From Planctomycetota bacterium (GTDB taxonomy: Bacteria > Planctomycetota > SZUA-567 > H5-PLA8), in contig JBBRPR010000003.1 in NCBI GenBank assembly GCA_038227875.1, positions 160,001 to 224,000 on the forward strand: a DNA stretch of 64,000 nucleotides, read 5' to 3'. The translations under genes were made by a program, and so were the position numbers. This document shows positions 11,356 through 21,806 of the stretch, piece after piece. Below the pieces are notes generated by a model. It did no database searches, had not been told where the DNA came from, and saw nothing but the letters and a program-made list of their open reading frames with translations. Position 1 is the stretch's first letter; every line of letters begins with the position of its first letter.

Positions 11356-11537
11356 AAGGGGTCAGGGTTCAGCGGAGAGGGGTCAGAAGCGAGCGAGCCG
11401 GCTGACGAGAGTGAATGTCGGTTGGCGAATGACGACAACGAACAGCAAGCACGAAAGATATGGAAATTGGCAAGGGGTTACGGTCCCGGGATCAGCGCAC
11501 CAAACTCTGACCCCTGGCCCCTGACCCCTGACCCCTT
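11356..11537. repeat. Inverted-repeat element, heptamer GGGTCAG/CTGACCC
   Basis: Degenerate left arm 11356-11387; right arm 11506-11537 reads TCTGACCCCTGGCCCCTGACCCCTGACCCCTT. Confidence 0.75.
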
Positions 11538-11549
11538 GAGGTCGTCAGG

Positions 11550-14012
11550 ATGAAGCTCTACTACTGCGACACTTGCGGGCTGCGCATCCCAGCCAACGAA
11601 ATTCCGCCGGATCAACCGGAGCCGGAAGACGGAAAGTATTATTGCGCGCAGCATCATCCTGCTCCGGTGCTGGCCAAGCCCTCCAAGTCTCCATCCGCGT
11701 CGGTGTTGCCTGTTCCGCTGCCGAACGCCGGCAGTGCACAATCACGAACCAAGATTCCCTCCGGCACGCGGGCGAGCATCCCGCGCATGACGCCGGCACA
11801 TCAACCCGCTGCGCACCAGACCCCGACGCATCCGCCCGGAAAAGCCGCCGGCAACAAGAACGTGATCATTTTCGGCTCGGCCGGCGCGGTCTTTGTCGTG
11901 CTGGTGGCCGTGATTGCGCTTTCGGGAAACAGCAAGCCCACGCACAGCCGCGAAACGCCGCAGACCGACGCTCCCGTTGCGGGCGACCTTCATCCGCCCA
12001 CGACGACGGCACTCGCCAACGCGACAACTACAACTTTGGAAAAGCCACCCCGTCCCGAACTGCCGCCGGGTCCGGGTTTTTTGACGCCAGATGGTCAAAG
12101 CACCGAACACCCGATCAGTTCCACCGGCGCAGGAAAAGGCCCGGGCGCTTCGGATGTCGTCGTCGCCGACCCACTCAGTGAAAAGTCGCCGCTCTCGAAA
12201 ACCCCGATCACCACGCCCGCCGTCCCGCCACCGGTCGCGCCGGCGGCCACTACTGAAGCCCTGGTTCCGGCGCCGCCGCCCAATCCGCTGAATCTGCTGA
12301 AAGATCCTGGATTCGAATCGGGCAGCGCCACCCTCTGGCTTCCTTACAACGATGCCAAAGTGATCGAAGATCCGGCCAAGGCGCACTCGGGAAAATTCTG
12401 CGCGCGCCTGCGCTTCAACAATGAACCGACGATGCGGCAGGTTGTAACGGGCCTGACGCCGGGGGGCCATTACATCGCCAGCGCCTGGATCAAAGGAACG
12501 CACGGCAGTCTGGGCGTGAAGGAATTCAGCAGCGCCACGGTTGAGACCGTGAAATTCGCCACCAGATCCGACGAATATCAACTCATCTCGATTCCCTTTA
12601 CGATGGGTCCCAATTACTCCTCGGTGAAGGTATTCTTCCGCTGTACCTGGAGCAAAGAGGACACCTTTTACGACGACGTGATGCTGGTGGCCGACACCCC
12701 TTCGCCCGACGTCACTACGCCGGCCAAGCCGCTCACCGACAAACCCGACAAGCCCTCAGGCACGACGGGCACGACGGGCACGACCACCGAAGTCAAACCG
12801 ACGGAACTCAGCATCGCTCAAAAAATGGAAGCCGTGCGCGAAAATACGTACACGCTGTTGCAGCAGAACAAGGCAGACGCGGCGCTCGCAGCGCTCGCAG
12901 AGGCCAAAGCCGACCCGCTTTTCTCCGCTCAATCCACCGATTTGGATTCCGCCACTGTTCTGGCCAGGAGTTACGACGCGACCGTCAACGCGGAAGCGGA
13001 TGGCTTGAAAAAACTGAGCGATGGCCGGGCGTTCGTCTTCAAGAAGAAAGCCGGCCGCGATATTCCCATCGGCGGCGCGACGAAAGCGTCGGTCTCGGAA
13101 TTCAAAGACGGCGAGATCGTGATCGAAACGAAAGATGGCGGCATGGTCGCCACCCAGAAGATTCTCCTCGACGAATTGACGCTTCAGTGCCGTCTCGATT
13201 TGTCCGCGCTGGCGCAGCCGTCCGGGGCCGAGTCGGAAATGAAGCTGGCGTTCGCGGAATTCATGCTGCTGCGCGCCGGCCGCGGCGGCAGTGTCGCCGG
13301 CATTCGCACGCGTCTGGAGCGCGCGAAGAAAGACTCCTCCGTCGCGCCCATTTTAGATTTCATGCTGCGCGAACTGGAGGCACTGGCGGTCAACCAGCGC
13401 ATCGACGGTGTAACTCAGAAGATCGACGCGCTGATTCAAGCGGGGAATCAGTCGCAGGTCTGGCCGATTTACAACAGTTTGAAAAAGGAATTTGGCGCCA
13501 CGCCGCCGCTGCATCTCAAGAAATTCATGGACGAACATATGAATCTCGAACTGGAGCCCGGACTGTGGGCCTCCTACTTTTCCGGGCCGGCTGGCAAGGA
13601 ATTCGAAAAGTACCATCTCTCACGCGTGGAGCCGAGAGTGGTCATCGACTGGGGCTTGAAATCGCCGGATCCGTCCGTGCCCGTGGACTATTTCACGGGA
13701 AAACTGTGCGGCATGCTGCGCGTGGAAAAGGCTGGCAATTATACGTTCATGTCGAAGACCGACGATCACATCGACTTTGCCGTGGACGGCCACCGGGTCC
13801 TCGTCAACGACTCCAATGCGTACGTGGAAGGCAAACTGACGCTGACAGCCGGGGACCATCCCATCCGCATTTACTTCCGTGAAGATGGCGGCGGCGCTTG
13901 CCTGTCACTGAAGTGGAAGTTGGAAGGCGCTTTCGACACGCAGGAAATCCCCGCCTCCGCGCTCTGGCACGAGCCGCAGATGAAAGAGCAATACCAGAAG
14001 CCGGGAAAGTAA
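11550..14012 (+). CDS. Membrane-anchored protein: N-terminal Zn finger, TM helix, carbohydrate-binding (CBM4/9-like) domain, C-terminal PA14 domain
   Basis: CDTC...CAQH; TM segment VIIFGSAGAVFVVLVAVIAL; NLLKDPGFESG...AHSGKF; PGLWASYF, TDDH and FREDGGGACLSLKW. Confidence 0.7.
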   Translation: MKLYYCDTCGLRIPANEIPPDQPEPEDGKYYCAQHHPAPVLAKPSKSPSASVLPVPLPNAGSAQSRTKIPSGTRASIPRMTPAHQPAAHQTPTHPPGKAAGNKNVIIFGSAGAVFVVLVAVIALSGNSKPTHSRETPQTDAPVAGDLHPPTTTALANATTTTLEKPPRPELPPGPGFLTPDGQSTEHPISSTGAGKGPGASDVVVADPLSEKSPLSKTPITTPAVPPPVAPAATTEALVPAPPPNPLNLLKDPGFESGSATLWLPYNDAKVIEDPAKAHSGKFCARLRFNNEPTMRQVVTGLTPGGHYIASAWIKGTHGSLGVKEFSSATVETVKFATRSDEYQLISIPFTMGPNYSSVKVFFRCTWSKEDTFYDDVMLVADTPSPDVTTPAKPLTDKPDKPSGTTGTTGTTTEVKPTELSIAQKMEAVRENTYTLLQQNKADAALAALAEAKADPLFSAQSTDLDSATVLARSYDATVNAEADGLKKLSDGRAFVFKKKAGRDIPIGGATKASVSEFKDGEIVIETKDGGMVATQKILLDELTLQCRLDLSALAQPSGAESEMKLAFAEFMLLRAGRGGSVAGIRTRLERAKKDSSVAPILDFMLRELEALAVNQRIDGVTQKIDALIQAGNQSQVWPIYNSLKKEFGATPPLHLKKFMDEHMNLELEPGLWASYFSGPAGKEFEKYHLSRVEPRVVIDWGLKSPDPSVPVDYFTGKLCGMLRVEKAGNYTFMSKTDDHIDFAVDGHRVLVNDSNAYVEGKLTLTAGDHPIRIYFREDGGGACLSLKWKLEGAFDTQEIPASALWHEPQMKEQYQKPGK

Positions 14013-14103
14013 CTCTCTGGAAATTCCGAATTTGAAAGTCAGAAACGGAGTGCCATGGCTTCCCGCCAGCGTTAAATTGACGGTGTAACGCGAGGAAGAA
14101 CCG

Positions 14104-15219
14104 ATGGCGCAATCCGTTGCAGGGAATTCGTCGACATCCCGCCATTTCACCACCGAGGTCGCACGCTGGCAGGCCATCGTCCGCTGCGACGCGCAGGCCG
14201 ATGGCGGTTTTGTTTACGCCGTAAAAACCACCGGAGTCTGCTGCCGCCCGAGTTGCCCCTCACGGCAACCGCGCCGTGAAAACGTATGCTTTTTCGATCA
14301 CACCCCGGACGCCCGGCGCGCGGGCTTCAGGCCGTGCAAACGCTGCAAGCCAGACGCATCATCCCCGCGTGAACATCTTCGTGCCGCCGTGTTAAAGGTG
14401 TGCGCTGTTCTGAAGGACTCCACCGAAGCCGCGCCGGACTTACCCACTCTCGCGCGGATGGCCGGTTTAAGCCCCTCACATTTTCAACGCACGTTCAAGG
14501 CGTTCACGGGAGTCACGCCGAAAGCCTACGCGACAGCCCAGCGCACGGACCGTGCGCGCAGCGCCTTGTCGACGTCGCCCTCGCAGTCCATCACTGCCGC
14601 GGCGTACTCCGCGGGGTTCAATTCCAGCGGGCGCTTCTACGCGTCTACGTCAAGGATGCTCGGCATGACCCCCACCGCATTTCGCGCTGCCGGAAAGGGC
14701 ACGCAGATCCGCTTCGCCCTCGGATCGTGTACGCTGGGCTCGATTCTCGTGGCGGCCAGCGACAAGGGCATCTGCGCCGTGGCGCTCGGCGATGACCCCG
14801 ATGCACTGCTGCGCGAATTGCAGGACCGTTTTTTCCACGCGGAATTGATCGGCGGCGATGCCGCGTTCGAAAAAACCGTCGCCCGCGTGATCGCCTTCGT
14901 CGAACGTCCATCCTCGGGACTCGAGCTGCCGCTGGATATTCAAGGCACCGCGTTTCAACAGCGCGTCTGGCAGGCGCTCCGTAAAATTCCATCGGGCCAG
15001 AGCATCACGTACTCGGAACTGGCCAAACGCATCGGCAAGCCCGCCGCCGTCCGCGCCGTAGCTAGCGCCTGCGCCGCAAACACGATCGCCGTTGCGATCC
15101 CCTGCCATCGCGTCGTGCGGCTTAACGGCACGCTCTCCGGATACCGCTGGGGCGTGGAGCGCAAGCGCTCCCTGTTGCTACGTGAACTGGGCTGTTCGGG
15201 CGATTGTGATTGCGTGTGA
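14104..15219 (+). CDS. ada: Bifunctional transcriptional activator / O6-methylguanine-DNA methyltransferase
   Basis: TTGVCCRPSC and FRPCKRC Zn site, AraC-type HTH, GTAFQQRVW, and active-site PCHRV. Confidence 0.95.
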   Translation: MAQSVAGNSSTSRHFTTEVARWQAIVRCDAQADGGFVYAVKTTGVCCRPSCPSRQPRRENVCFFDHTPDARRAGFRPCKRCKPDASSPREHLRAAVLKVCAVLKDSTEAAPDLPTLARMAGLSPSHFQRTFKAFTGVTPKAYATAQRTDRARSALSTSPSQSITAAAYSAGFNSSGRFYASTSRMLGMTPTAFRAAGKGTQIRFALGSCTLGSILVAASDKGICAVALGDDPDALLRELQDRFFHAELIGGDAAFEKTVARVIAFVERPSSGLELPLDIQGTAFQQRVWQALRKIPSGQSITYSELAKRIGKPAAVRAVASACAANTIAVAIPCHRVVRLNGTLSGYRWGVERKRSLLLRELGCSGDCDCV

Positions 15220-15236
15220 GAGAAGTGTTCCGCCGT

Positions 15237-16589
15237 TCAACCCAGCGCGTCAAAACTCTCCCGATACACCCGACCAAGCAGCTCGATCTCATCCAGCTCA
15301 ATCGTCAGCGGCGGAACGGCCAGCATCACGTTGCCGATCGCGCGCAGGTTTACGCCGCGTTTGCGCGCCGAGAGCACGACTTGGTGGCCCGCGCGCGCGG
15401 CGTAGTCGTACTCGCGGCCGGTCGACTTGTCAGCGACCAGTTCCATGCCGGCCATCATCCCGCGGCCGCGCAGGTTGCCGACGCGTTTGTGATCGCGGAG
15501 CGATTCGAGCATCGCCCAGAACGCCGGAATAGTCTGCTCGCGCAACTTCGTCTGAAATTCCGACGACGACAGAATCTCCAGCGAGGCCAATGCCGCCGCA
15601 CAGCCCAGCGCTGAACCGGTGAACGTATGGCCGTGATAGAACGTTCGCTTGTCGGCGATCGTGCCAAGGAACGCGTTGTATAGCCGATCCGAAGCGAGCA
15701 CCGCCGAAAGCGGCAGGATGCCGGCCGTCAGGCCTTTGGCCAGGCAGACCAGATCCGGCCGCAGTTCTTCGCTGAGCTGCTGAAACGCAAAGAGCGTCCC
15801 GAGCCGCCCCATGCCCACCGCCACTTCATCGAAGATCACCGTCACGCCATGCTTCTTCGCCGCTCTGACGATGCGCTCCAGGTAGTCCTTCGGCTGCGGA
15901 ATCACGCCGCCGGGCCCCAGCACAAACGGTTCGACGACGACAGCCGCCAGTGTCGGCGCGTGAGCGGCGATGGCCTGTTCGAACGCCCCTGCGCATTCCA
16001 GCGCGCAGGATTGCGGCTGCTTGTTCCACGGGCAGCGATAACAGTGCGGCGGCGGCACGCGGCGCACGGGGAAGAGCAGGGGACGGTAGGTGGCGTGAAA
16101 GAGATCGACGCCGCCGACGGCGACCGCGCCGAGCGTGTCGCCGTGGTAGGCCTCGCCCAGCGCCAGAAATTCGGAGCGCTCCGGGTGGCCGCTGAGCACC
16201 TGAAACTGATACGCGATCTTCAGCGATGCTTCGACGGCTTCCGATCCGGAGTCCGCGAAGAAGACATGCGAGAGCGGCGCGCCCGCCAGCTCGGTCAGCT
16301 TGCCCGCCAGCTCAATGGCCGGCGTGTGGCTGATGCCCAGCAACGTCGAATGCGAAAACCGTTCGAGCTGCCGCGCGACCGCTTGCTCCACCGCAGTGGG
16401 GCGACAGCCGAGCGCCAGGCACCAGTAGCCGCAGTTGGCGTCGAGATAGCGCTGGCCGTCGCTTGCGACCAGCCAGTTGCCATCCGCGCTGGTGATGATC
16501 GGCGGCGCGGGATCTTCTTTGGCGTACTCCGCCATCTGCGTGAACGGGTGCCAGAGCGCGGACGAATCGAGCTTGCGTAGATCGGACAC
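15237..16589 (-). CDS. bioA: Adenosylmethionine-8-amino-7-oxononanoate aminotransferase
   Basis: LWHPFTQM, DSGSEAVE, YHGDT, DEVAVGMGR, PLP Lys in AKGLTAG, and HGHTFTG. Confidence 0.92.
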   Translation of the reverse strand: MSDLRKLDSSALWHPFTQMAEYAKEDPAPPIITSADGNWLVASDGQRYLDANCGYWCLALGCRPTAVEQAVARQLERFSHSTLLGISHTPAIELAGKLTELAGAPLSHVFFADSGSEAVEASLKIAYQFQVLSGHPERSEFLALGEAYHGDTLGAVAVGGVDLFHATYRPLLFPVRRVPPPHCYRCPWNKQPQSCALECAGAFEQAIAAHAPTLAAVVVEPFVLGPGGVIPQPKDYLERIVRAAKKHGVTVIFDEVAVGMGRLGTLFAFQQLSEELRPDLVCLAKGLTAGILPLSAVLASDRLYNAFLGTIADKRTFYHGHTFTGSALGCAAALASLEILSSSEFQTKLREQTIPAFWAMLESLRDHKRVGNLRGRGMMAGMELVADKSTGREYDYAARAGHQVVLSARKRGVNLRAIGNVMLAVPPLTIELDEIELLGRVYRESFDALG

Positions 16590-16840
16590 GGTGATTCCTG
16601 GTTGGAGTGAGTGCTTGAATTCCTACATTACTTAAAGCTGATCGAACCGATGGTAGCACATCATTCGTCGCCGGACATGTGCGGCGCGTGTGCTGCTCAC
16701 GCGCAATTTCACTAAATATGCTCTATGCGTCTTGCCTGCCCTTGTGCAAGTAAAGATCTTTTTACAACTTCTTGCGCTCCTGCACTTCGTGTGATTGAGT
16801 AGAAACTGCCGTACTGCCGTTCACCTGGGGGGATTTTCCA

Positions 16841-17464
16841 ATGCCGGCTTCACGCTCACATCTTTTCCCTGCCACGCCTGCCGCAAAATCGGGTCTCTCC
16901 TCCGCCGCGCGGTCCTCCACGGCGCTGGCCACGGCGGCTCGCTCTTCCCAGTTGTTGCACCGCGTCGAATCCGATTTCGAATCGCAGCTCGCCTACAACA
17001 GTTGCCCCACGCTGTTCTACGGCGTTGGCGTGCTTGTCGTCGGCTTGGGTTTGCTCGCATTCGGTTTGATGAACATCGGGAAACTCAATTTTTTCGGTGA
17101 GAACGCGCTGCTACTTGATATCACCGGCGGCGCGCTGACGTTCGTCGGCATCGCGCTGATCCTTCTGCGCATGGGGCTGACTGTCGACCGCAAACTTCGG
17201 CGCGTGGTGAAGTGGCGCTGGTTCGGCATTCGTAAATCAGAAGGCGTTCACAACCTCACCGCGTTCGATTACCTCACGATCGGCCAGGCGGGGCTGGGCG
17301 CGAAAGCCAAATTCGAAATCTGTCTCAGCGACGCCAACGAAAACTTCAAGGTCGCAACTTTTCCGACGGAAAATGAAGCTCACGATTTCGCCAACGAAGT
17401 CGGCCGCTTCCTCAACGTCCGCGTGGTCGATTCGGTCTCCGGCGAGTGGGAAGCCGTGCGCTAA
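16841..17464 (+). CDS. Hypothetical membrane protein (2 TM helices)
   Basis: 207-aa ORF with two hydrophobic segments and an upstream GGGGGA RBS-like sequence. Confidence 0.65.
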   Translation: MPASRSHLFPATPAAKSGLSSAARSSTALATAARSSQLLHRVESDFESQLAYNSCPTLFYGVGVLVVGLGLLAFGLMNIGKLNFFGENALLLDITGGALTFVGIALILLRMGLTVDRKLRRVVKWRWFGIRKSEGVHNLTAFDYLTIGQAGLGAKAKFEICLSDANENFKVATFPTENEAHDFANEVGRFLNVRVVDSVSGEWEAVR

Positions 17465-17468
17465 GAGT

Positions 17469-18320
17469 TCAGCCCGGCCGCACGATCCGCTGCTGCTGCA
17501 GCCGGTACGCGCGCGGCGAGACGTTGAACTTCTTCTGCACGAGCTTGTAAAAGTGCCCCAGGTTTTCAAAGCCGCAATCGAGCGCAATGTCGACGATCCG
17601 TTCGCTGGTCGTCGCCAGGCGTGAAGCCGCGTACGCCAGCCGCGCGTCATTGACGATGTCCGTCGGCGTCTCGCCCAGCAGCCGGCGCGCTTCGCGAGCG
17701 ACGTGCTCGGGGCTCTTTCCGGCCAACTCCGCGAACGCCTGCGTCCCGCGCTCGAAGTTGCGGCCCTCACCAATCGTGCGGCAGGCCTTCTCGAGCCACT
17801 CCGGAATTGCGTTGGGCGCCTCGGGCGCGGTCACGGGGCGCAGCGCGCCGACCATCACCACGAGATTGACCAGGAAGCGCTCGATCGGCAACCGGTCGCG
17901 CGGCTGCGCGCCAAGCTCCCGGCCCATGCGGCGAAGCTCTGCGAACTCACCGGGCGGCACCAGGAACTCGCGGGTGCTCACGTGGCTGCGGCCGAAGAGA
18001 TCCGGACGGTGCTGAAAGTAGCGCTTGCGCAGAAACTCCCACGTCTGCACGCGAAAGGCGATGTTGACGATGCGCGCCACGCTTTGCGTGGCGGAGATGC
18101 ATTGGTGCGCGTCCGGTGCGCGGACAAAGACCAGGCCGCCGGGGCGCATCAGACGCTCTTCTCCATTGACGCGATGAGCGCACAACCCCTCGTCAACCCA
18201 GAATAATTCATGGAAGTCGTGCGTGTGCATCTCGAAGTGCTTCGCGGCGTACAACTCATGGTTGTTGAAGTGAAAATACTTGTCGGAAGGGATGAAACTG
18301 TCGACCCGCAGTCGTCTCAT
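17469..18320 (-). CDS. AraC-family regulator (cupin + HTH, ChbR-like)
   Basis: HTHDFHELFWV cupin motif; C-terminal IALDCGFENLGHFYKLVQKKFNVSPRAYR. Confidence 0.9.
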   Translation of the reverse strand: MRRLRVDSFIPSDKYFHFNNHELYAAKHFEMHTHDFHELFWVDEGLCAHRVNGEERLMRPGGLVFVRAPDAHQCISATQSVARIVNIAFRVQTWEFLRKRYFQHRPDLFGRSHVSTREFLVPPGEFAELRRMGRELGAQPRDRLPIERFLVNLVVMVGALRPVTAPEAPNAIPEWLEKACRTIGEGRNFERGTQAFAELAGKSPEHVAREARRLLGETPTDIVNDARLAYAASRLATTSERIVDIALDCGFENLGHFYKLVQKKFNVSPRAYRLQQQRIVRPG

Positions 18321-18433
18321 GGAATCAATATAACGTAAGAAAATAGCAATTAAAGATAAGATTCAAAAACCGCTCCGGGGTATTTTGACTCCCGTTGAAC
18401 GATTGCCCACTCCACTTAAAAGGATGATGCGAA

Positions 18434-19240
18434 ATGGCCCACACCGCCACCCAGTCCCGCCTGACCCCCGAACAGGTCGCGTTCTACAATCGCGAAGGTT
18501 ATTTGAAGTTTGAAGAACCAGTCTTCCCGCAGCCCAAATTCGATGGTCTCAAGAATCACTTTGAAGACATGCTCGCCAAGCTCCCCAGCGACGCGCGTCC
18601 GGAAGGCATGGACTGCCCGCATTTCGTCGACACGCAATTGTTCGAGTGGCTTTTCGCCGACGAAGTTCTCGACCTGGTTGAACCGCTGATCGGGCCGGAC
18701 ATCGCGCTGTTCGCCAGCCACTTCATCTGCAAGCCCAAGGGCAACGGCAAGCGCGTGCCGTGGCATGAAGACTCGGCGTATTGGGGCAAGACCTTCGATC
18801 CCATGAACGTAGCCACCGTCTGGCTGGCGATCGATCCGTCGACGCCGGAGAACGGCTGCATGAACGTGATCGCGCGCACGCACAGCAACGGCTACTCCGA
18901 CTACGATCCCGTCGACACCGCCACGCACGTCTTCGGTACGGAAGTCAAGCCGCACCAGGTCGACAAGACCAAGTCGGTGCCGATGATTCTCCAGCCCAAC
19001 CAGGCTAGCATCCATCACGCCAAGATGATTCACGGCAGCGAAGCCAACACCAGCAACATCCGCCGCTGCGGCTACACGATGCGCTACATCAGCACGCACT
19101 GCAAATACCAGCCGCACTTCAACCACCTGATCTACCTGGCGCGCGGCAAAGACCCGCTCGGCAACTGCAAAGGCGACCCGACGCAGTCGTATGAAGAGCT
19201 GCGCCGCTTCCGCCAGCTGCACGTCAAGAACGGGCACTGA
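18434..19240 (+). CDS. Phytanoyl-CoA dioxygenase (PhyH) family Fe(II)/2OG oxygenase
   Basis: PWHEDSAYW (HxD), WLAID, ENGCM and HGSEANTS..RR. Confidence 0.9.
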   Translation: MAHTATQSRLTPEQVAFYNREGYLKFEEPVFPQPKFDGLKNHFEDMLAKLPSDARPEGMDCPHFVDTQLFEWLFADEVLDLVEPLIGPDIALFASHFICKPKGNGKRVPWHEDSAYWGKTFDPMNVATVWLAIDPSTPENGCMNVIARTHSNGYSDYDPVDTATHVFGTEVKPHQVDKTKSVPMILQPNQASIHHAKMIHGSEANTSNIRRCGYTMRYISTHCKYQPHFNHLIYLARGKDPLGNCKGDPTQSYEELRRFRQLHVKNGH

Positions 19241-19281
19241 GGGCAAATGGGCAGGGCAGAGCTTGGAAACTGGCGCCAAAG

Positions 19282-19313
19282 TAATGCGGGTTTAGACACC
19301 CGCATTATTTTTT
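19282..19313 (+). terminator. Rho-independent terminator
   Basis: TAATGCGGGT-ttagac-ACCCGCATTA hairpin followed by a T run, just after the PhyH gene. Confidence 0.7.
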
Positions 19314-19480
19314 ACCAATACGAATCGCAACTTCAGGCAAGGATTGGTCTCGTGATCCGTTAGCTGGATATGGCAACTCGTAGAGAAAGAAATTCGTGCT
19401 ATGCGGCCGGTTTTCTTATTGGAGCCGGATTCTTTATACACAAAGCATTCGTCTCGGGTTGCGGGTGATACTGCGATCCT

Positions 19481-19981
19481 GTGCGGATCCTGTTGGTCAA
19501 CAGGACAGAAGGCTTCTTCCTCAATCTTGGAATTCGGATCGCGTGCTATGCGGGTCTGCTATTTCCGTGGGCGTTGGTAGCAATATGGAATGACGACGGC
19601 AGCGAACGGCACTGCCGCCCCGCGGAAGAGCCGAAACTGCAGCTTCATCTCGATACGTGCCTCGTATTGACGTTCCTTTTCGGAATGTCATTGCTTGCTA
19701 CATCGGGTTGGTGGGCATGGGAGGCAGTCGAAAATTACACAGTGGTCTTTGGGTCATTTGCGAGTCTGGCGCTACTCGTACTCGACATCTTCGAACTCGG
19801 CGCGCCGGACAGTATCCGCGTGCGCCAATATCGAGTGATCCAATGTTATCCTGAGTTAAAACGACCTCATCAACGCAGCATCAATCATCCAACTCAAAAA
19901 ATAAAAGCCGCACGGGAACACCAATTACGGCGCGCTCCCGTGCGGCCAGATCCGCGCGGCCAACCTTTCGGCGACCGTTAG
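19481..19981 (+). CDS. Possible small membrane protein (may be degenerate)
   Basis: Three hydrophobic segments, lower GC, and no recognisable family. Confidence 0.3.
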   Translation: MRILLVNRTEGFFLNLGIRIACYAGLLFPWALVAIWNDDGSERHCRPAEEPKLQLHLDTCLVLTFLFGMSLLATSGWWAWEAVENYTVVFGSFASLALLVLDIFELGAPDSIRVRQYRVIQCYPELKRPHQRSINHPTQKIKAAREHQLRRAPVRPDPRGQPFGDR

Positions 19982-20484
19982 CGGATCGGATTTTCCTTTT
20001 TAATTTCAGTATCGTTCTTCGTCGACGACATGTCCGTCCGCTGCTTCAGCTCTTCCGGGTTGGATTTCATCTTCGACGTCGGTTCCACCTGTTCGCCGGC
20101 AATCAGCCGCGGCGATGACGAACTGCGGTCGAGCTGCGGGCCCTGGCTGCCTTCGGACGGCTTCAGCGCCTCGGTCATGCGCGGGTGGTCGTCAGATGGC
20201 GGCGTCGAGCTCGCACGCTTTTCACCGGGTTCTTTCGGATCCGTTGCCGGCTTGGCGTTGTTGGTCTTCGGGTCCATGATCTGACCAGGCTGCGGGACTC
20301 CATTGGTTCTGGCGTCCGGCGTTTTTGGCGTGGTCTTCGTCGTGGTCTTGTCGCTGGTGTTCACCTGAGCCTGATTGGCCGGTTGCACCGACGTATTCTG
20401 AGGTGTCTCCGGCTGCGTTTCCGCAGCAGAAATCAAGCCGCACGCACCCAGACTCATCACCAGTACTGCCATCACATGTCTCAT
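19978..20484 (-). CDS. Hypothetical secreted, disordered protein
   Basis: AGGAGGA RBS before ATG 20484, a signal peptide, and a low-complexity P/T/K/S mature region. Confidence 0.65.
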   Translation of the reverse strand: MRHVMAVLVMSLGACGLISAAETQPETPQNTSVQPANQAQVNTSDKTTTKTTPKTPDARTNGVPQPGQIMDPKTNNAKPATDPKEPGEKRASSTPPSDDHPRMTEALKPSEGSQGPQLDRSSSSPRLIAGEQVEPTSKMKSNPEELKQRTDMSSTKNDTEIKKENPIR

Positions 20485-20739
20485 GATCATTCCTCCTGCG
20501 TTCCACACGTCACTTACTCACATGGAGGGTATCGCGATTGAGGTGCCAACTGTTACGACAGCTTCTCGCGCTATACACGGCGCATAATCGGGACTTCGCG
20601 CTGCTTGGAGCATATGAGAATAAATGTCAAAACAGCCATCATCTTTGTCATCCCTGCTATGGGCGATAGATGATTCACAGGATATATAGAGTGTCGTGCA
20701 AACGAATCCATTGTCAAAACATTCAAACTGGAGACATTC

Positions 20740-21558
20740 ATGAATCTGACCGACGCGCAGGTCCAGCAGTTCAAGACCCACGGATATTCAGTCGTCCCCA
20801 ACTTCTTTTCGACACGCGAAGTCGCAGCGCTGCGCGCCGATGTCGAGCGCCTGCAGTCGGCCGGTAAGCTCCGCAACGTCGCGACCGATGGCGACGGCAA
20901 AACGCACTCGGCTCAGAAAGCCAATCTCCAGATCTGCCCGATGTATCCCGAAAGCAACCTGATCCGCGCGCTGCCGTTCGTGCCGAAAGTGGTGACGGCC
21001 GTCTCGCAGCTCATCGGCGAGAACATCTTCCTGCATCTCGACCAGTGCTTCCTCAAACCCGGCCGCAACGGCGCGGGCACCAACTGGCACCAGGACAACG
21101 CCTACTTCAAAATTCCCGATCCGACCAAGGGCACTGCGATGTGGATCGCCGTCCACGACGCCACGATCGCCAACGGCACGATCCACGTCATCCCGAACAA
21201 GGTCCACGAAAAGTACGAACACAGCCGCGATCCGCAGAGCGATCATCACATCCGCTGCTACCCACCCGAAGAACTGGCCGTCCCATGCGAAGTCCCCGCC
21301 GGCGGCGCCGTCTTCTTCGCCTACGGCACGCCCCACTGCACGCTCGGCAACACCACCGACAAAGCCCGCGCCGGCATCGCGCTCCACTTCCTGCGCGAAG
21401 AATACGCCGCGCTCGCCCGCTCCGAACACGGCAAAGGCCAGCCCATCCTCTCCGGCCCCCACGCCACCGGCGGCGTCAAAGAATACGGAGAAACCGTCGC
21501 GGGAACGTGGGACGCGGAAATTGAGAAGCTGCTCAACAAGGAACTGGCGAAAGTCTGA
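20740..21558 (+). CDS. Phytanoyl-CoA dioxygenase (PhyH) family Fe(II)/2OG oxygenase
   Basis: WHQDNAYF, WIAVHDATIANG and HCTLGNTTDKAR. Confidence 0.9.
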   Translation: MNLTDAQVQQFKTHGYSVVPNFFSTREVAALRADVERLQSAGKLRNVATDGDGKTHSAQKANLQICPMYPESNLIRALPFVPKVVTAVSQLIGENIFLHLDQCFLKPGRNGAGTNWHQDNAYFKIPDPTKGTAMWIAVHDATIANGTIHVIPNKVHEKYEHSRDPQSDHHIRCYPPEELAVPCEVPAGGAVFFAYGTPHCTLGNTTDKARAGIALHFLREEYAALARSEHGKGQPILSGPHATGGVKEYGETVAGTWDAEIEKLLNKELAKV

Positions 21559-21580
21559 TCTTGCAAACCAACGGCTTCTA

Positions 21581-21789
21581 TCTCACGCAAAGCCGCTAAG
21601 TCGCAAAGAACACCTTACGGATATTTTTTGTTGTACGTGTGGAACCCTAGGACCAATAGGTCCTAGGGTTCTGTTCCAGATTTAAGAAGGTGAATGATCG
21701 ATTCTCGTTGATCGCACCAGACCCGTCGAACTCAACACTCAATACTTTAGCAGTTGCAGTTCTTTGCGTCTTAGCGGCTTTGCGTGAGA
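21581..21789. repeat. Inverted-repeat element, 9-nt-periodic family, with internal perfect hairpin
   Basis: Arms 21581-21611 and 21759-21789 have 1 mismatch in 31 nt. Internal hairpin GAACCCTAGGACC-aata-GGTCCTAGGGTTC. Confidence 0.9.
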
Positions 21790-21806
21790 CAAGAATTGCG
21801 TCCGTC

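Noticed and set aside
12759..12788. GGCACGACG tandem 9-mer
   Set aside because: An in-frame GTT linker repeat with no inverted partner; ordinary low-complexity coding sequence.
19370..19480. In-frame upstream segment separated from ORF 19481 by a TGA (readthrough or selenocysteine)
   Set aside because: No SECIS-like or family evidence, and the ORF itself is weak.
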